DNA of 41,862 nucleotides, from positions 1 to 41,862 of the IMG/VR virus record IMGVR_UViG_3300031910_000021. One strand, written 5' to 3'. This DNA comes from a virus. Lineage: Duplodnaviria > Caudoviricetes. The notes below the pieces were generated by a model, which searched no databases, was not told the origin of the DNA, and saw nothing but the letters and a program-made list of their open reading frames with translations. Both the position numbers and the translations under genes were made by a program. This document shows positions 1 to 9,465 of this stretch, piece after piece; position 1 is the stretch's first letter, and each line of letters begins with the position of its first letter.

Positions 1-1
1 G

Positions 2-835
2 TGGCGTGATGGTGAAATGCACAGCCGTGGCGGTGGCCGTCGCCGGGTTGGAGATAGTCGCAGCCGTGGCGCTGGTCATCTCGGTGATCACCGTGCCAGG
101 TGGAATGCCTGGACCGGTGATCGTGCCGCCCTCATCGGACTCGGTGAAGTTGGCCGTGGCCGACGTGATCGCGGTCGACGCCGTCGTGGTCACACCGTCA
201 GTGACACTGCGACTCGTGGGAAGGGCGGCGCTCAGGTCGGTCAGGTTGATGTACTTCGACCCGGTCCAGGGGTTGTTGACGATAGGGATCGCATAGTTCG
301 CCTGGCCCAGGTTGGTGGACCCCTGGGTCATGGACAGATCCGGCCAGGTCTCTACGACATTCGTAGGACCGTTGCCCTGGTACTTCACCACGATGGTGAA
401 GGTCTCCACCTCCCCCAGGGAGGTCTTGACATTGCCAGGCAGGATGTCGATCCACAGGTTGTTGCCCCAGGCCCCAGGATTGGAGGCGTTGATCTGAAGC
501 GTCGGTACCGCGGTGGTGGCCTGGTCGTTGAACGACGACTGGGCGATGGTCGGACCTGAGGCGTCCAGACGATAGGCGCGGATGATCACGGCGCTGGTGC
601 CGCCGGCAGAGAAGAAGCTGTACACCGCCAAGTGCAGATTGCTAGGCGGGAAGGCGGTCTCAAACCCTCCGAACCAGGAGGTGAACTCTCTCCAGGAGTT
701 GACACGAGTGGGAACCAGCGGGCCACGAGGGCACGGTCCTACGAAGCATGCCGCCGCCGTACCCGGCGAGGCACTGACGTAGGTGGGGAACGCCGACATG
801 TCGACGTAGACCCCTGGCCTGGTCAAGGTTGGCAT
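2..835 (-). CDS. Tail sheath protein (N-terminal part, runs off the left edge)
   Basis: Manual translation from ATG at 835 (GGAGGA RBS): MPTLTRPGVYVDMSAFPT...ACFVGPCPRGPLVPTRVNSWREFTSWFGG...LAVYSFFSAGG...INASNPGAWGN, a typical contractile sheath N-terminus. Absent from the ORF track because it has no stop in the window. Confidence 0.9.
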   Translation of the reverse strand, partial: MPTLTRPGVYVDMSAFPTYVSASPGTAAACFVGPCPRGPLVPTRVNSWREFTSWFGGFETAFPPSNLHLAVYSFFSAGGTSAVIIRAYRLDASGPTIAQSSFNDQATTAVPTLQINASNPGAWGNNLWIDILPGNVKTSLGEVETFTIVVKYQGNGPTNVVETWPDLSMTQGSTNLGQANYAIPIVNNPWTGSKYINLTDLSAALPTSRSVTDGVTTTASTAITSATANFTESDEGGTITGPGIPPGTVITEMTSATAATISNPATATATAVHFTITP

Positions 836-838
836 TGG

Positions 839-1576
839 CTATTCCTCCGATGCTTTGTACTGGCCGGGTATTCCAGAGTCGAGATAACCGCCTGGAGCGA
901 TGGCGCTGATATTTGCTGGACCCCACAGTTGGTGCTGCGGGGAGTCCATGTCCATGATCCGCAGGACGGCCTGGCGCACCCTGGTAGTGAGAGTGGTGAC
1001 CATGTCCTCGATCTCAGTGCAGACGCGGATCTGGTAGATCTGCCGGAAGATCCGCTTGTCCTGATCGAGGCTGTTGGCACGGGTCGTGCCGAGCACGGTG
1101 ATCCGGCGTACCGTGCCGGCGGGACAGGTCATCTGAGCGAAGCGCGGATGCAGCTTGCTCATCGCCAGGTGGCCCGAGATCTGGGAGATGTGCTGGTTGA
1201 TCCTGGCGCTGGCGGTGACCGTGTAATCGAAGTCCATCGGCAGGGGGTATTCGATGGAGGGAAGATCCTTCATCTGAGGATCGAAGGGGGTCCACTGAAG
1301 GTAGTAGTAAGCGATCTGCACCCAACCGCGGTGCTCGCGCTCGTGGGCCACCCGTTCACCGTCGAACCGGATCGTAATGTTCGGGTATGTGATGCGCCTT
1401 TCCTCACGCTCTGGGTTGTGAAACCACACCGGCACCGGGCGGGTCTCGTTGGGGGCATTGAGGTCACTGACCATGATCCCCTGGAGCAGATTCTTGAGGC
1501 CCATGTCCTCTTCGGTGTAGAGGCCCAGGAAAGGAGGATTGGGTACTACATCGTTGGGCGGGGGAGTCATGGTCAT
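839..1576 (-). CDS. Putative tail terminator/completion protein
   Basis: 245 aa directly upstream of the sheath gene; VPVWFHNPE...YPNITI...PMDFDYTVT layout; GC3-rich codons. Confidence 0.6.
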   Translation of the reverse strand: MTMTPPPNDVVPNPPFLGLYTEEDMGLKNLLQGIMVSDLNAPNETRPVPVWFHNPEREERRITYPNITIRFDGERVAHEREHRGWVQIAYYYLQWTPFDPQMKDLPSIEYPLPMDFDYTVTASARINQHISQISGHLAMSKLHPRFAQMTCPAGTVRRITVLGTTRANSLDQDKRIFRQIYQIRVCTEIEDMVTTLTTRVRQAVLRIMDMDSPQHQLWGPANISAIAPGGYLDSGIPGQYKASEE

Positions 1577-1998
1577 CCGAGCGCACCCTTCATGCCCAGG
1601 AACTTCTGATACCAGGCCCGCGACTCGTTCTGCAATCTCGCGATGAACTCGTCCTCGATCTCACCGCTCTGCTTCGCCAGATCCATCGCCGCGTCGGAGA
1701 CCGGGAAGTTCTGATGCATCGCTTCGGCCTGCTGGATCATCGGGTGGTCCGGATGGAGGCCAACGTGGACGTTGCCCTCGTCCTGCCAGACGCGGAGAGA
1801 GTCAGCCAGAGAGTGGTAATCCCTGAGGGTGGGTTCACCCTTGATCATGCTCGCCATGTTGTTGCAAAGTGTCCCGCCGGCCCCTCTTGCCGCCTTCCTG
1901 ACCGTGCCTGCCTTGGACATCCTCTGATATTGGGCGATGACTTTTCCCAGTTTGTCCACGTCTGATTTTTTGACGCAGTCGAACGACGAGGAAGGCAT
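1573..1998 (-). CDS. Hypothetical virion/neck protein
   Basis: 141 aa, GAGG RBS, ATGA overlap with the next gene, first gene of the tail operon. Confidence 0.55.
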   Translation of the reverse strand: MPSSSFDCVKKSDVDKLGKVIAQYQRMSKAGTVRKAARGAGGTLCNNMASMIKGEPTLRDYHSLADSLRVWQDEGNVHVGLHPDHPMIQQAEAMHQNFPVSDAAMDLAKQSGEIEDEFIARLQNESRAWYQKFLGMKGALG

Positions 1999-2068
1999 TT
2001 TTCCTCACAAGAACTGGGCATTTTCTGGCTGCACTGCTTGACCGGCGTTAGCGGGCCGGATGAGGTCA

Positions 2069-2116
2069 ATGCTAGGTCAGGGTGTCGCGTCCCCCCTGAC
2101 CACCCAGACCTAGCCT
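2069..2116. promoter_or_regulatory. Divergent putative late promoters (CCTAGCAT on minus 2069-2076; CCTAGCCT on plus 2109-2116)
   Basis: TAnnnT -10 boxes between divergent structural operons; the plus-strand box lies 6 nt before GTG 2123 (leaderless geometry). The motif recurs at 15587, 17440 and 38015. Confidence 0.6.
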
Positions 2117-2122
2117 TGAGGT

Positions 2123-3241
2123 GTGTCGATGACTGGGCCGGTCTCCGGACTTCCGAACCCGACTGACACCACGGCAGGCCAGCCGGGGCAGTACCCCGAT
2201 ACCGATCAGGGGTTGCCGTATCCGCCCGTCGACCCCTCCTCGACACAGCGGATCGCACAGATGGCGAGACTGCGACTTCGGGATCTGCCCCGGCCTTTCA
2301 TCTGCCGGCAGACCTGCTCCGGTGTGGCCTTTCGGTTTGAGCTTCCTGTCGAGAACGTGTCGTCACCCAATCTCCAGGTGGTCTTGACCGACACCACCGC
2401 GGGAGGTACTACCCAGGCTGTTCTGGGTACCGACTTCATCCTGGACGAGCACGGCGGCGTCCTGGTCTTCGCCAACGCCCCATCAGTCGGCATCCTCATG
2501 GTGGCTCAGGGCACCTACTACCGCGACTTGCTGCCACCCGAGATGGATCTCTACGTGCGGACGGCCTTCATCCAGCACACCTACGGAATGGATCAGCAGT
2601 GGGAGGGCCAGATCGATACCGGCTACCCGCCGATCTATCCACCTCCTCTGGGTACTACCGGACAGCCCATCACCTACGGCACGCCGGCACCCCACATGCT
2701 GAGCGAAGTCGAGGAGTACCCGGTCTCGATCCTGGTCACGATCATGGCGCTTTGGGACATCGCCACCGGACTCGCACAGCAACATGATGTCCACACCCCT
2801 GACGGGGTCACCATTCCCATAAGCCAGTCATGGAATCAGATCATGCGAATGATCGATGCCCTCGACGCCCAGTACAAGGCGTTGTCAGCAGCCCTGGGAG
2901 TGGGCCTCTACCGCATCACCCAGAGCCGGCTACGCCGCGTGTCGCGCACTACCAAGAGGCTCGTGCCCATCTACCGGTCGAAGGAGTACGACGACATCAC
3001 CTGGCCCCAGCGGGAGATGCCAGAGATCGATGTGACCCAGAAGATGTACACCTATCAGGGCACCTGGGATCCCACTCGCAACTACGCGGTCCAGGATCTC
3101 ATCGACTACCAGAACCACCGCTACGTGGCCCTCCAGCCCAGTCTGAACGTCGACCCGACAAGAGATGTAGATCCCAAGACCGGCACCGGGTATTGGTGGC
3201 AGTACACAACTTTGAATACAGGCTGGGTGGGTTGGTGGTAG
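2123..3241 (+). CDS. Head-tail adaptor-like virion protein with C-terminal CBM5/12-like module
   Basis: 372 aa; C-terminal YQGTWDPTRNYAVQDLIDYQNHRYVALQ...W resembles a ChtBD3/CBM5-12 repeat; sits upstream of a neck gene. Confidence 0.55.
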   Translation: MSMTGPVSGLPNPTDTTAGQPGQYPDTDQGLPYPPVDPSSTQRIAQMARLRLRDLPRPFICRQTCSGVAFRFELPVENVSSPNLQVVLTDTTAGGTTQAVLGTDFILDEHGGVLVFANAPSVGILMVAQGTYYRDLLPPEMDLYVRTAFIQHTYGMDQQWEGQIDTGYPPIYPPPLGTTGQPITYGTPAPHMLSEVEEYPVSILVTIMALWDIATGLAQQHDVHTPDGVTIPISQSWNQIMRMIDALDAQYKALSAALGVGLYRITQSRLRRVSRTTKRLVPIYRSKEYDDITWPQREMPEIDVTQKMYTYQGTWDPTRNYAVQDLIDYQNHRYVALQPSLNVDPTRDVDPKTGTGYWWQYTTLNTGWVGWW

Positions 3242-3888
3242 CTCCCGAGAACCTCAACAGCACTCAGTTTGCCAACCATGTCCATCCTCACCAGTTGGCG
3301 ATTCCCGGCATGGAGAGCATGGCTCACCCCTTCGCCACCCACCTGGCCCGCGGCTTCATGCTGGACTTCTCCTCCTCCAAGCGAGAGCACCATCTCTCGG
3401 CCCTGGACGTGTCGGACCCCAAGTACCCCGAAGAGGCAGCCAGCCTGGACTGGAGAAGGGGGCCTGGAGAGGAGCGGAACATAAGCCATCCCGGTGAGAT
3501 CACGATGGTGCAGAACTACCAGGCCGGCGACAAGCCGAGCGCCGCCTCCAGGAACCCAGCCAGGGGCCTCGCCAGTGCGCTGATGAAGTCAGCCCACCAC
3601 TGGGACTTCGGCCAGGAGACCCTACCGATCCACTCCCCGCTACGTACCGAAGCCGGTGAGCACTTCGCCAACAAGGTCATGCCCGAACTCAAGCCTGATG
3701 TCTGGCAACACGTCCCCACTGGGCGGGTGATGGAGGGCAGGCGAGAAGACACACCTAGGTGGAAGGGAGTAGGGGAGAACTTCCATCCCTACCAACAGGA
3801 AGAGGCGAAGCAAGTCAACGACCGGCTCACCAAGATCAGAGGCCAGGTCAAGCGACGGGACTCAGGCCAGAAGACGCTATGGGAATAA
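3235..3888 (+). CDS. Hypothetical protein with GNAT-like motif
   Basis: Probable start GTG 3235 (MVAPENLNSTQF); ARGLASALMKSA...IHSPLRTEAGEHFA resembles acetyl-CoA-binding motifs A/B of phage GNAT-fold proteins. Confidence 0.45.
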   Translation: MVAPENLNSTQFANHVHPHQLAIPGMESMAHPFATHLARGFMLDFSSSKREHHLSALDVSDPKYPEEAASLDWRRGPGEERNISHPGEITMVQNYQAGDKPSAASRNPARGLASALMKSAHHWDFGQETLPIHSPLRTEAGEHFANKVMPELKPDVWQHVPTGRVMEGRREDTPRWKGVGENFHPYQQEEAKQVNDRLTKIRGQVKRRDSGQKTLWE

Positions 3889-3895
3889 GTAGCTG

Positions 3896-4402
3896 ATGCC
3901 CCTCTACACGCCGGCCTGGTTCCAGAAGGATCAGATCATACGCATGAACGAAGTCATGCAGAACTACCAGCGGTACTGGGGCGAGAACGTGCTATGGGCC
4001 GAGTACGACGCCATGTCCTCATCCAAGAACGAAGTCTATGATGAAGGCCCGAGCCGCGCCTGGTATCCCCCGGTAGTGCTGCCGGTCATGTTCGTGGACT
4101 TTCGTCAGGATGATCCCCAGGACACTGACCAAGGCTTCTATGTGCTATCCACGGCCAGCATCTGCTTCCAGGTAACCGCGGCCATGGACCGGTTCCGTAC
4201 CAGCCCGCTCTACACCGCTGCACACTTCCGCGACCGGTTCTCTTATGACAACACGGTCTACAGAGTTACAAAGTACGAGAAGCAGGGATTCGTACATGGC
4301 AGTTATTTAACAATCAGTGCTCTGGGCGAGCAGATAAAGGCGGAAGAGGTCGTCAATGACGCCCAGCAACAGGACTTCTTCGTGCAGACCCTGACATGGT
4401 AG
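3896..4402 (+). CDS. Putative head closure/neck protein
   Basis: 168 aa; WGENVLWAEYD...VYDEG...HFRDRFSYDNTVYRV; structural gene context. Confidence 0.55.
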   Translation: MPLYTPAWFQKDQIIRMNEVMQNYQRYWGENVLWAEYDAMSSSKNEVYDEGPSRAWYPPVVLPVMFVDFRQDDPQDTDQGFYVLSTASICFQVTAAMDRFRTSPLYTAAHFRDRFSYDNTVYRVTKYEKQGFVHGSYLTISALGEQIKAEEVVNDAQQQDFFVQTLTW

Positions 4403-4417
4403 ATATATGATACGAGT

Positions 4418-5053
4418 ATGGGCATCTCTCAGCAGTTCGGGTGGTGGACAGTGATAGACCCTGCCATCCAGGACAGACGCACGAACCAGAAGGTGTTGTG
4501 TCGTTGCCGTTGTGGCAACGAAAAGTACGTCTACCTGGGGAATCTCCGATCAGGTAAATCGAAATCATGCGGGTGTTTCCGAGATGAGCGCGTCAGGGCA
4601 ACGAACAGCACGCACGGTTGGTCACGTACCAAGCTCCACCGATGCTGGACTGGCATCCTGACCCGTTGTGACAATCCAAAGAACAGCCACTACCACCGTT
4701 ACGGAGGCCGGGGAATCACAGTCTGTCCCGAGTGGCGTGATTTTCGCACCTTCATGACCTGGGCGTTGTCTCACGGGTATGAGGAAGATCTCACCATCGA
4801 ACGCATCGACAACGATGGTCCCTACTCTCCCGACAACTGCCACTCATGTCTCAGGGGAGAAAACCTTGCCGTTAGGAATCTACGACTTCTATCTCGACTC
4901 CTGGGCCGACTGGCAGAGGACAGTGGCGATCAAGGATGCCACCACCAACCTCCTGGTGCCAATGAGCGCCGCTGTCATGGAGATTCGGAACCAAAACTTC
5001 GTCCTGGTGATGCGCCTCGACGCCGCCTCCAGTCGCTGCACGATCCTGAGTGA
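4418..5053 (+). CDS. HNH homing-endonuclease-like gene, probably C-terminally truncated
   Basis: WTVI...CRCRCG...NLRSGKSKSCGC...RYGGRGITVCPEW...TIERIDNDGPYSPDNC. The usual RWAT..EQ..N end is missing and the frame reads 188 nt into the next gene. It has its own TATGAT -10 box 6 nt before the ATG. Confidence 0.8.
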   Translation: MGISQQFGWWTVIDPAIQDRRTNQKVLCRCRCGNEKYVYLGNLRSGKSKSCGCFRDERVRATNSTHGWSRTKLHRCWTGILTRCDNPKNSHYHRYGGRGITVCPEWRDFRTFMTWALSHGYEEDLTIERIDNDGPYSPDNCHSCLRGENLAVRNLRLLSRLLGRLAEDSGDQGCHHQPPGANERRCHGDSEPKLRPGDAPRRRLQSLHDPE

Positions 5054-5318
5054 CGGGGCCACTATCGCCCTTCATATCACTGCTGCGGACTCGCTGACCT
5101 ACTTCAGCCAGGGCAACTTTCCAGGAGCGGTGCAGGCAGTCGGGTTCTGGGGCATCGGGCGGTCTTACCTGTACGACCTCTTTGCCACCTACACCGCCAG
5201 CGGAGTACAGGACCGCATCATGCGCGGCTTCTTCAACGTCGACCCCAACATCAGCCGGCCACTGGACCCAAAGACCAACCTGGCCCTGACCATCGGACAG
5301 CGAGGCAGCTATGAGTGA
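4866..5318 (+). CDS. Putative baseplate/fibre-associated Ig-like protein
   Basis: TTG start after GGGGAGA RBS; [20 protein letters not shown]...YLYDL...[14 protein letters not shown]; precedes the collagen fibre gene. Confidence 0.55.
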   Translation: MPLGIYDFYLDSWADWQRTVAIKDATTNLLVPMSAAVMEIRNQNFVLVMRLDAASSRCTILSDGATIALHITAADSLTYFSQGNFPGAVQAVGFWGIGRSYLYDLFATYTASGVQDRIMRGFFNVDPNISRPLDPKTNLALTIGQRGSYE

Positions 5319-6087
5319 CATCACGGTCACCGGGCCGACTACCGAAGTGATCGAGATCACCATCCCTGGTGCGCCTGGTCCCCCAGGACAACCAGGGCCT
5401 CAAGGTGCCGGCGGGGTGCAGGGACCAACCGGGCCGGCTGGTCCCATCGGTCCTACAGGATTCCACGGTCCTCCAGGCGGCTTCACCGTCGCCGCGGTGG
5501 TGCCTGACACCAGTCATCTGCCAGCGGCTCCCACCCCCGCCCAGGCAGGCATGGTCTGGCTGGTCGGTACTACCAGCTACGTCGTCTACTGGTGGAACGG
5601 CACCGCCTGGCAGACCCTGAACATTGCTGCTGGCCCCCAGGGGCCTACCGGCCTAACAGGACCGACTGGGCCTGCCGGTCCTCAAGGTGTTGTCGGACCA
5701 ACTGGAGCACAGGGACCAGTGGGATCTACTGGGCCGGCTGGAGCCACACCAACATCTCCACTCTGGCAGCCCCTGCCGGCACTGACATCGCCCTGGGCCG
5801 TAGTGGCTGGATCGACATGCCAGTACCTGTCTGACGCCTGGGGCCGGGTGCAGTTACGCGGTGAGGTCTACTACCCAGGCGCTAACCCTCCTGACCTATC
5901 GATCATCACCACCTGTCCGGTGGGAGCGCCCACTCATAACACCACCCAGTTCGCCGTCGAGGATGTCATCCCAACGCGGGTGTACCGGGTCGACGTACAC
6001 ACAGATGGCAATATCTACTTACGGTTTCCCGCCCTCAACACGACAGGGCAGCTATTCCTCGACACCATTAGCTGGCAGACCCAGTAA
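5311..6087 (+). CDS. Collagen-repeat fibre protein
   Basis: Two (GXY)n tracts, a YWWNGTAW linker, and a C-terminal GRVQLRG beta domain typical of fibre tips. Confidence 0.75.
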   Translation: MSDITVTGPTTEVIEITIPGAPGPPGQPGPQGAGGVQGPTGPAGPIGPTGFHGPPGGFTVAAVVPDTSHLPAAPTPAQAGMVWLVGTTSYVVYWWNGTAWQTLNIAAGPQGPTGLTGPTGPAGPQGVVGPTGAQGPVGSTGPAGATPTSPLWQPLPALTSPWAVVAGSTCQYLSDAWGRVQLRGEVYYPGANPPDLSIITTCPVGAPTHNTTQFAVEDVIPTRVYRVDVHTDGNIYLRFPALNTTGQLFLDTISWQTQ

Positions 6088-6096
6088 GGAGTAACC

Positions 6097-6273
6097 ATGT
6101 CCACTACCGAACCCCCCGCCGAACCCCAGCCCGGTATCTCCCACGAGACTGAGACTGAACTCGTTACCGAAGAAGGTACTGAGATCGCTCACGAAGAAAG
6201 GATCGAAGTCACGCCGGCCCCCGAACCTGCCGAAGAGCAGAGCCACGGGGACACCACACCCGACGAGGAGTAG
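6097..6273 (+). CDS. Small acidic hypothetical protein (58 aa)
   Basis: AAGGAG RBS; MSTTEPPAEPQ...TPDEE fills the gap before the endolysin. Confidence 0.6.
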   Translation: MSTTEPPAEPQPGISHETETELVTEEGTEIAHEERIEVTPAPEPAEEQSHGDTTPDEE

Positions 6274-6275
6274 CT

Positions 6276-7115
6276 ATGGCGCTCAAGCGCATCTGGATAC
6301 CCAGTCCGAACTATTCATCTAGGGGTGGGGCAGCAGTCAGATTGCTGGTGCTGCATACCGCTGAAGGATCGAGAACTATCGAGAGCCTTGGCTCGTTTTT
6401 TCAGTCCCCCAGTGCCGGCGTGAGCAGCCATACGGGTGCTGATGACAAGGTCAACACCGTGGGGGAGTATGTCTCCAGGGGCAATAAAAGCTGGACGTGC
6501 GCGAACTTCAACCCGGTGGCCTGCCAGATAGAGATGTGTGCCTTTGCCGCCTGGGACAACGCCGAGTGGCACAGGCATCCCAACATGCTCCAGAACGTGG
6601 CGTCCTGGTTGGCTGAGGAGTCCAAGGCGTTTGGCATCCCTCTCACCATCCTCTCCGACGCCCAGGCCCAGGGCAGCGGGCGAGGTGTCTGCCAACACCG
6701 CCAGTTAGGAGCCGCAGGGGGCGGTCACTCCGACTGTGGGAACGGGTTCCCCATCTCGGAGGTCGTGGCGATGGCCGGCGGCTCGCCAGCACCTCCGCAA
6801 CCATCACAACCACCATCAGGGGGTACGGGGGGCGTTCCTGCTCCCCCATTTCCTTATCCCTCAGACCACTACCTGGGGAGGCCAGACCCTGATCCAAAAT
6901 GCCATTCCGGCTTCTACGGCGGCGTGGATACGACGAATGTACGGACGTGGCAACAGAGGATGCGGGACCGCGGTTGGTCGATCTCAGTTGATGGACAGTA
7001 TGGCGATCAGAGCTACTCGATCTGCCGGCAGTACCAATCTGAAAAGGGACTATCGGTGGACGGTCTGACCGGACCAGCCACTTGGAAAAGTACCTGGGAA
7101 TCCCCTATCACGTAG
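6276..7115 (+). CDS. Endolysin: Amidase_2 domain plus peptidoglycan-binding domain
   Basis: LVLHTAEG...SSH...IEMCAFA...HRQLG...HSDCG zinc amidase motifs; Pro/Gly linker; WQQRM...VDGQYG...YQSEKGLSVDGLTGPATW PG_binding_1. Confidence 0.92.
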   Translation: MALKRIWIPSPNYSSRGGAAVRLLVLHTAEGSRTIESLGSFFQSPSAGVSSHTGADDKVNTVGEYVSRGNKSWTCANFNPVACQIEMCAFAAWDNAEWHRHPNMLQNVASWLAEESKAFGIPLTILSDAQAQGSGRGVCQHRQLGAAGGGHSDCGNGFPISEVVAMAGGSPAPPQPSQPPSGGTGGVPAPPFPYPSDHYLGRPDPDPKCHSGFYGGVDTTNVRTWQQRMRDRGWSISVDGQYGDQSYSICRQYQSEKGLSVDGLTGPATWKSTWESPIT

Positions 7116-7129
7116 ATGAGGCTTGACAC

Positions 7130-7393
7130 ATTGACGTAGCCGATCTCGTCGCACTGCTCACCGGTATTGCCGGGATCGTCACTGCCGTTGGGGGCATTTT
7201 CCTGGCAGTCAGATCAGTTCGTAGTAAGGAGCGTAAAGCCGCCAAGGAAGATCTGGACACTGTGAACTCGATGTTGGCTGACGAACGAAAGTTACGGATC
7301 CAGGCGGAAGAACACAACTACGAACTGATGGTCATGCTGGCGAAGCACGGCATCGAACCACCAAGACCAAGACCAGATGAGAATCCTTCGTAG
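7130..7393 (+). CDS. Holin-like membrane protein with apparent ATT start
   Basis: [36 protein letters not shown]...: one TM segment plus coiled coil, between the endolysin and a membrane collagen gene; GAGG 8 nt upstream of the ATT. Confidence 0.65.
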   Translation: MDVADLVALLTGIAGIVTAVGGIFLAVRSVRSKERKAAKEDLDTVNSMLADERKLRIQAEEHNYELMVMLAKHGIEPPRPRPDENPS

Positions 7394-8051
7394 GATCGGC
7401 AGACTCTTCCTCACCGGCTGGTTCTGGCTCATCTTGGCCGGGGGGCTGCTTCTAACGTCATCACTCTTCCTGGCCTATGGCAGCACACCAGCACCCAAGC
7501 CAGAGCCAGCCGTCGTAGTAGGGCCGGCGGGACAGGCAGGGCCAGCGGGGCCAGCAGGGCCGGCGGGACCACCAGGACCGAAAGGGGACAAAGGTGCAAC
7601 CGGAACCGCTGGAACCAACGGAAGCTCAAGCTCAGGCAGTGGAGGCGGAACTGGAAGCACAGGAGCTACGGGCCAGACGGGAGGCGTGGGAGCAACAGGA
7701 GGAACAGGGGCCACCGGCTCAACGGGTCAGGCAGGAGCGACGGGCGGCACTGGAGCAACGGGCGCAACGGGCGGCACTGGAGCGACGGGTGGGACGGGTG
7801 CAGTTGGCCCGCCTGGAAGTACCGGACCTCCTGGCCCTCCTGGGCCTGCCGGTGCCACAGGTGAGACCGGACCCGCCGGGGCTAGTGGTATTCAGGGTCC
7901 AGCGGGGGCTGTAGGGCCACGAGGGCCGCAGGGGCCAGAGGGACCACCGGGGCCGGCAGGGATGACGTGCCCACCTGGATATACCGCTCAAGCCTTCACC
8001 ATCAAGGAGAAAGGCAGCAGCATCAATATCTTCGGATGCGTGCAGAGCTAG
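7377..8051 (+). CDS. Membrane-anchored collagen-repeat protein (lysis cassette, spanin-like position)
   Basis: N-terminal TM, long GXY tract, C-terminal CPPGY...FGCV disulfide module. Confidence 0.7.
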   Translation: MRILRRIGRLFLTGWFWLILAGGLLLTSSLFLAYGSTPAPKPEPAVVVGPAGQAGPAGPAGPAGPPGPKGDKGATGTAGTNGSSSSGSGGGTGSTGATGQTGGVGATGGTGATGSTGQAGATGGTGATGATGGTGATGGTGAVGPPGSTGPPGPPGPAGATGETGPAGASGIQGPAGAVGPRGPQGPEGPPGPAGMTCPPGYTAQAFTIKEKGSSINIFGCVQS

Positions 8052-8239
8052 TTGATGTCCCCCACCAACCGCGTCGTATACACCTCGTCCACATAACCCT
8101 GGGCACCGATCAAAGCTGGGTCTTGGTCGACAACCGCGGTGATCTGCTGGAGCAACGTGGGCGTGGTGATGTGCGAGTTGCCCGTGACGACCATGGAGGT
8201 CGTGGCCGACATGGTGACCGCCGCGCCGACGACCGCCAC
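8048..8239 (-). CDS. Small hypothetical virion protein
   Basis: 63 aa, coupled to the upstream gene, last gene of the head operon. Confidence 0.5.
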   Translation of the reverse strand: MAVVGAAVTMSATTSMVVTGNSHITTPTLLQQITAVVDQDPALIGAQGYVDEVYTTRLVGDIN

Positions 8240-8631
8240 TAGCTCATCGCTTTTGAGTACGACCCTACCGAGACCGAGAAGGTGTCACCTTGGTTGGTCG
8301 ATTTGATTGTGGAGAGCGCACCGAACCAACGCCTGACTGGCGTCGTGGCACTGTCAAACTCATCGATGCCCACGATTGTGGTCGCCGGCATATTGACGAA
8401 CGTCAGGGCATTGTTGGAGGTGATGGTGCCACCACTGGGAACCGCGAAGGTGATCTGTTGGCGGGCGTACTGACTACCACCTGAGTTCACTACCTCCGTA
8501 CCAGGAGTGCTGGCTGTGCCCATCACAGTCACCAGAGCCACCATGACCGGCGGGACCACGGCCACATAAGAAGCCTGGCCCGAGCTAGCCGCCAGGAGGT
8601 TATTGCTCTCGGTTTGAACGAGATTGCTCAC
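8239..8631 (-). CDS. Putative virion decoration/fibre-type protein
   Basis: GTEV...YARQQITF...SNNALTF.NMPATTIVGI..FDS pattern seen in small phage structural proteins. Confidence 0.6.
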   Translation of the reverse strand: MSNLVQTESNNLLAASSGQASYVAVVPPVMVALVTVMGTASTPGTEVVNSGGSQYARQQITFAVPSGGTITSNNALTFVNMPATTIVGIDEFDSATTPVRRWFGALSTIKSTNQGDTFSVSVGSYSKAMS

Positions 8632-8945
8632 TACCCCTCCTGGTCGACAGTAGCGACTCCGAGTTTGGACAGCTTCGCCAGATGATCAGGGGGACGGTTC
8701 TGGAGAAAGTCCCTGAGCCGGGAAGGATCAGTGCCATCCTGGGCGGCGCGCTCGACATCAGCCGAGCAGATCGGGCACCCGTCTTCGGCACAGCACTGGA
8801 CGTGCTTAGACACCGAGAGGTCGGTCCCCTCACCAGTCACCGGATGCTTCAGAGCGACATACTGAACGTGGTGCGGCTCAGTGTCAGTGGCCCCACACTT
8901 GGCGCAGGTTCGTTCCTGTAGCTCTGGCTCAGTGGTAGATGACAC
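8631..8945 (-). CDS. Small Cys/His-rich protein
   Basis: CAKCG.TDTEPHH...HVQCC..DGCPIC putative metal-binding pattern. Confidence 0.6.
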   Translation of the reverse strand: MSSTTEPELQERTCAKCGATDTEPHHVQYVALKHPVTGEGTDLSVSKHVQCCAEDGCPICSADVERAAQDGTDPSRLRDFLQNRPPDHLAKLSKLGVATVDQEG

Positions 8946-9462
8946 CGCGGCTCTCCAGCCATTGGTAGAGATGCTTGGACACCCGGTAGCGCCGGCCTCT
9001 CAGGAAGGTATAGCTGGTACCGATGCCGTAGGTCATGTCCTCGATGTCGGTGTTGACCCTGATAACGCGGTACTCGTCCTCGACGGTCACCGGCTCTGGA
9101 CCCAGGTCTTCCACCTCCAGAGGATTCCTGGTCATGACCCTGGTTTGCTGCTGTATGCCCACTGGCTGGAGATCCCTCATTGGGTCATAACCTGGGACCG
9201 GTACCGCCGGGTCCAGGATTGGATCGGTGTCGACCGTGACTGGTTCCTCAAGCTGACGGATCCTCTGCTCAGCTTCCGGAGATAGCTCCATGACCTGGCC
9301 GGTCTCAGGATCAAAGATGCCCTGCTCTTCGCGGACGACATCCACCTGATTAACCAGGCCGATCTCCTGCTGACGATCAGCTAGCTCAGCGGCCTTCTCC
9401 TCAGTCAGCCGCTGACGCTCAGAGCCAGTGAAATCCCCTCGTTGCGGTGTACCTCGTGGCAT
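8929..9462 (-). CDS. Capsid-associated hypothetical protein
   Basis: Follows the capsid gene; C-terminal IRVNTDIEDMTYG...F.RGRRYRV...LESRG domain. Confidence 0.6.
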   Translation of the reverse strand: MPRGTPQRGDFTGSERQRLTEEKAAELADRQQEIGLVNQVDVVREEQGIFDPETGQVMELSPEAEQRIRQLEEPVTVDTDPILDPAVPVPGYDPMRDLQPVGIQQQTRVMTRNPLEVEDLGPEPVTVEDEYRVIRVNTDIEDMTYGIGTSYTFLRGRRYRVSKHLYQWLESRGVIYH

Positions 9463-9465
9463 TTC

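Noticed and set aside
632-1609. Long antisense ORFs (also 10560-11555, 13424-14533 and others)
   Set aside because: Shadow frames of real GC3-rich genes on the opposite strand.
2830-3234. 5' extension of the 352-aa ORF
   Set aside because: Out-of-frame overlap with the adaptor gene; the probable start is GTG 3235.
7520-7960. 9-nt periodic repeats (also 5370-5750)
   Set aside because: Explained by collagen GXY coding.
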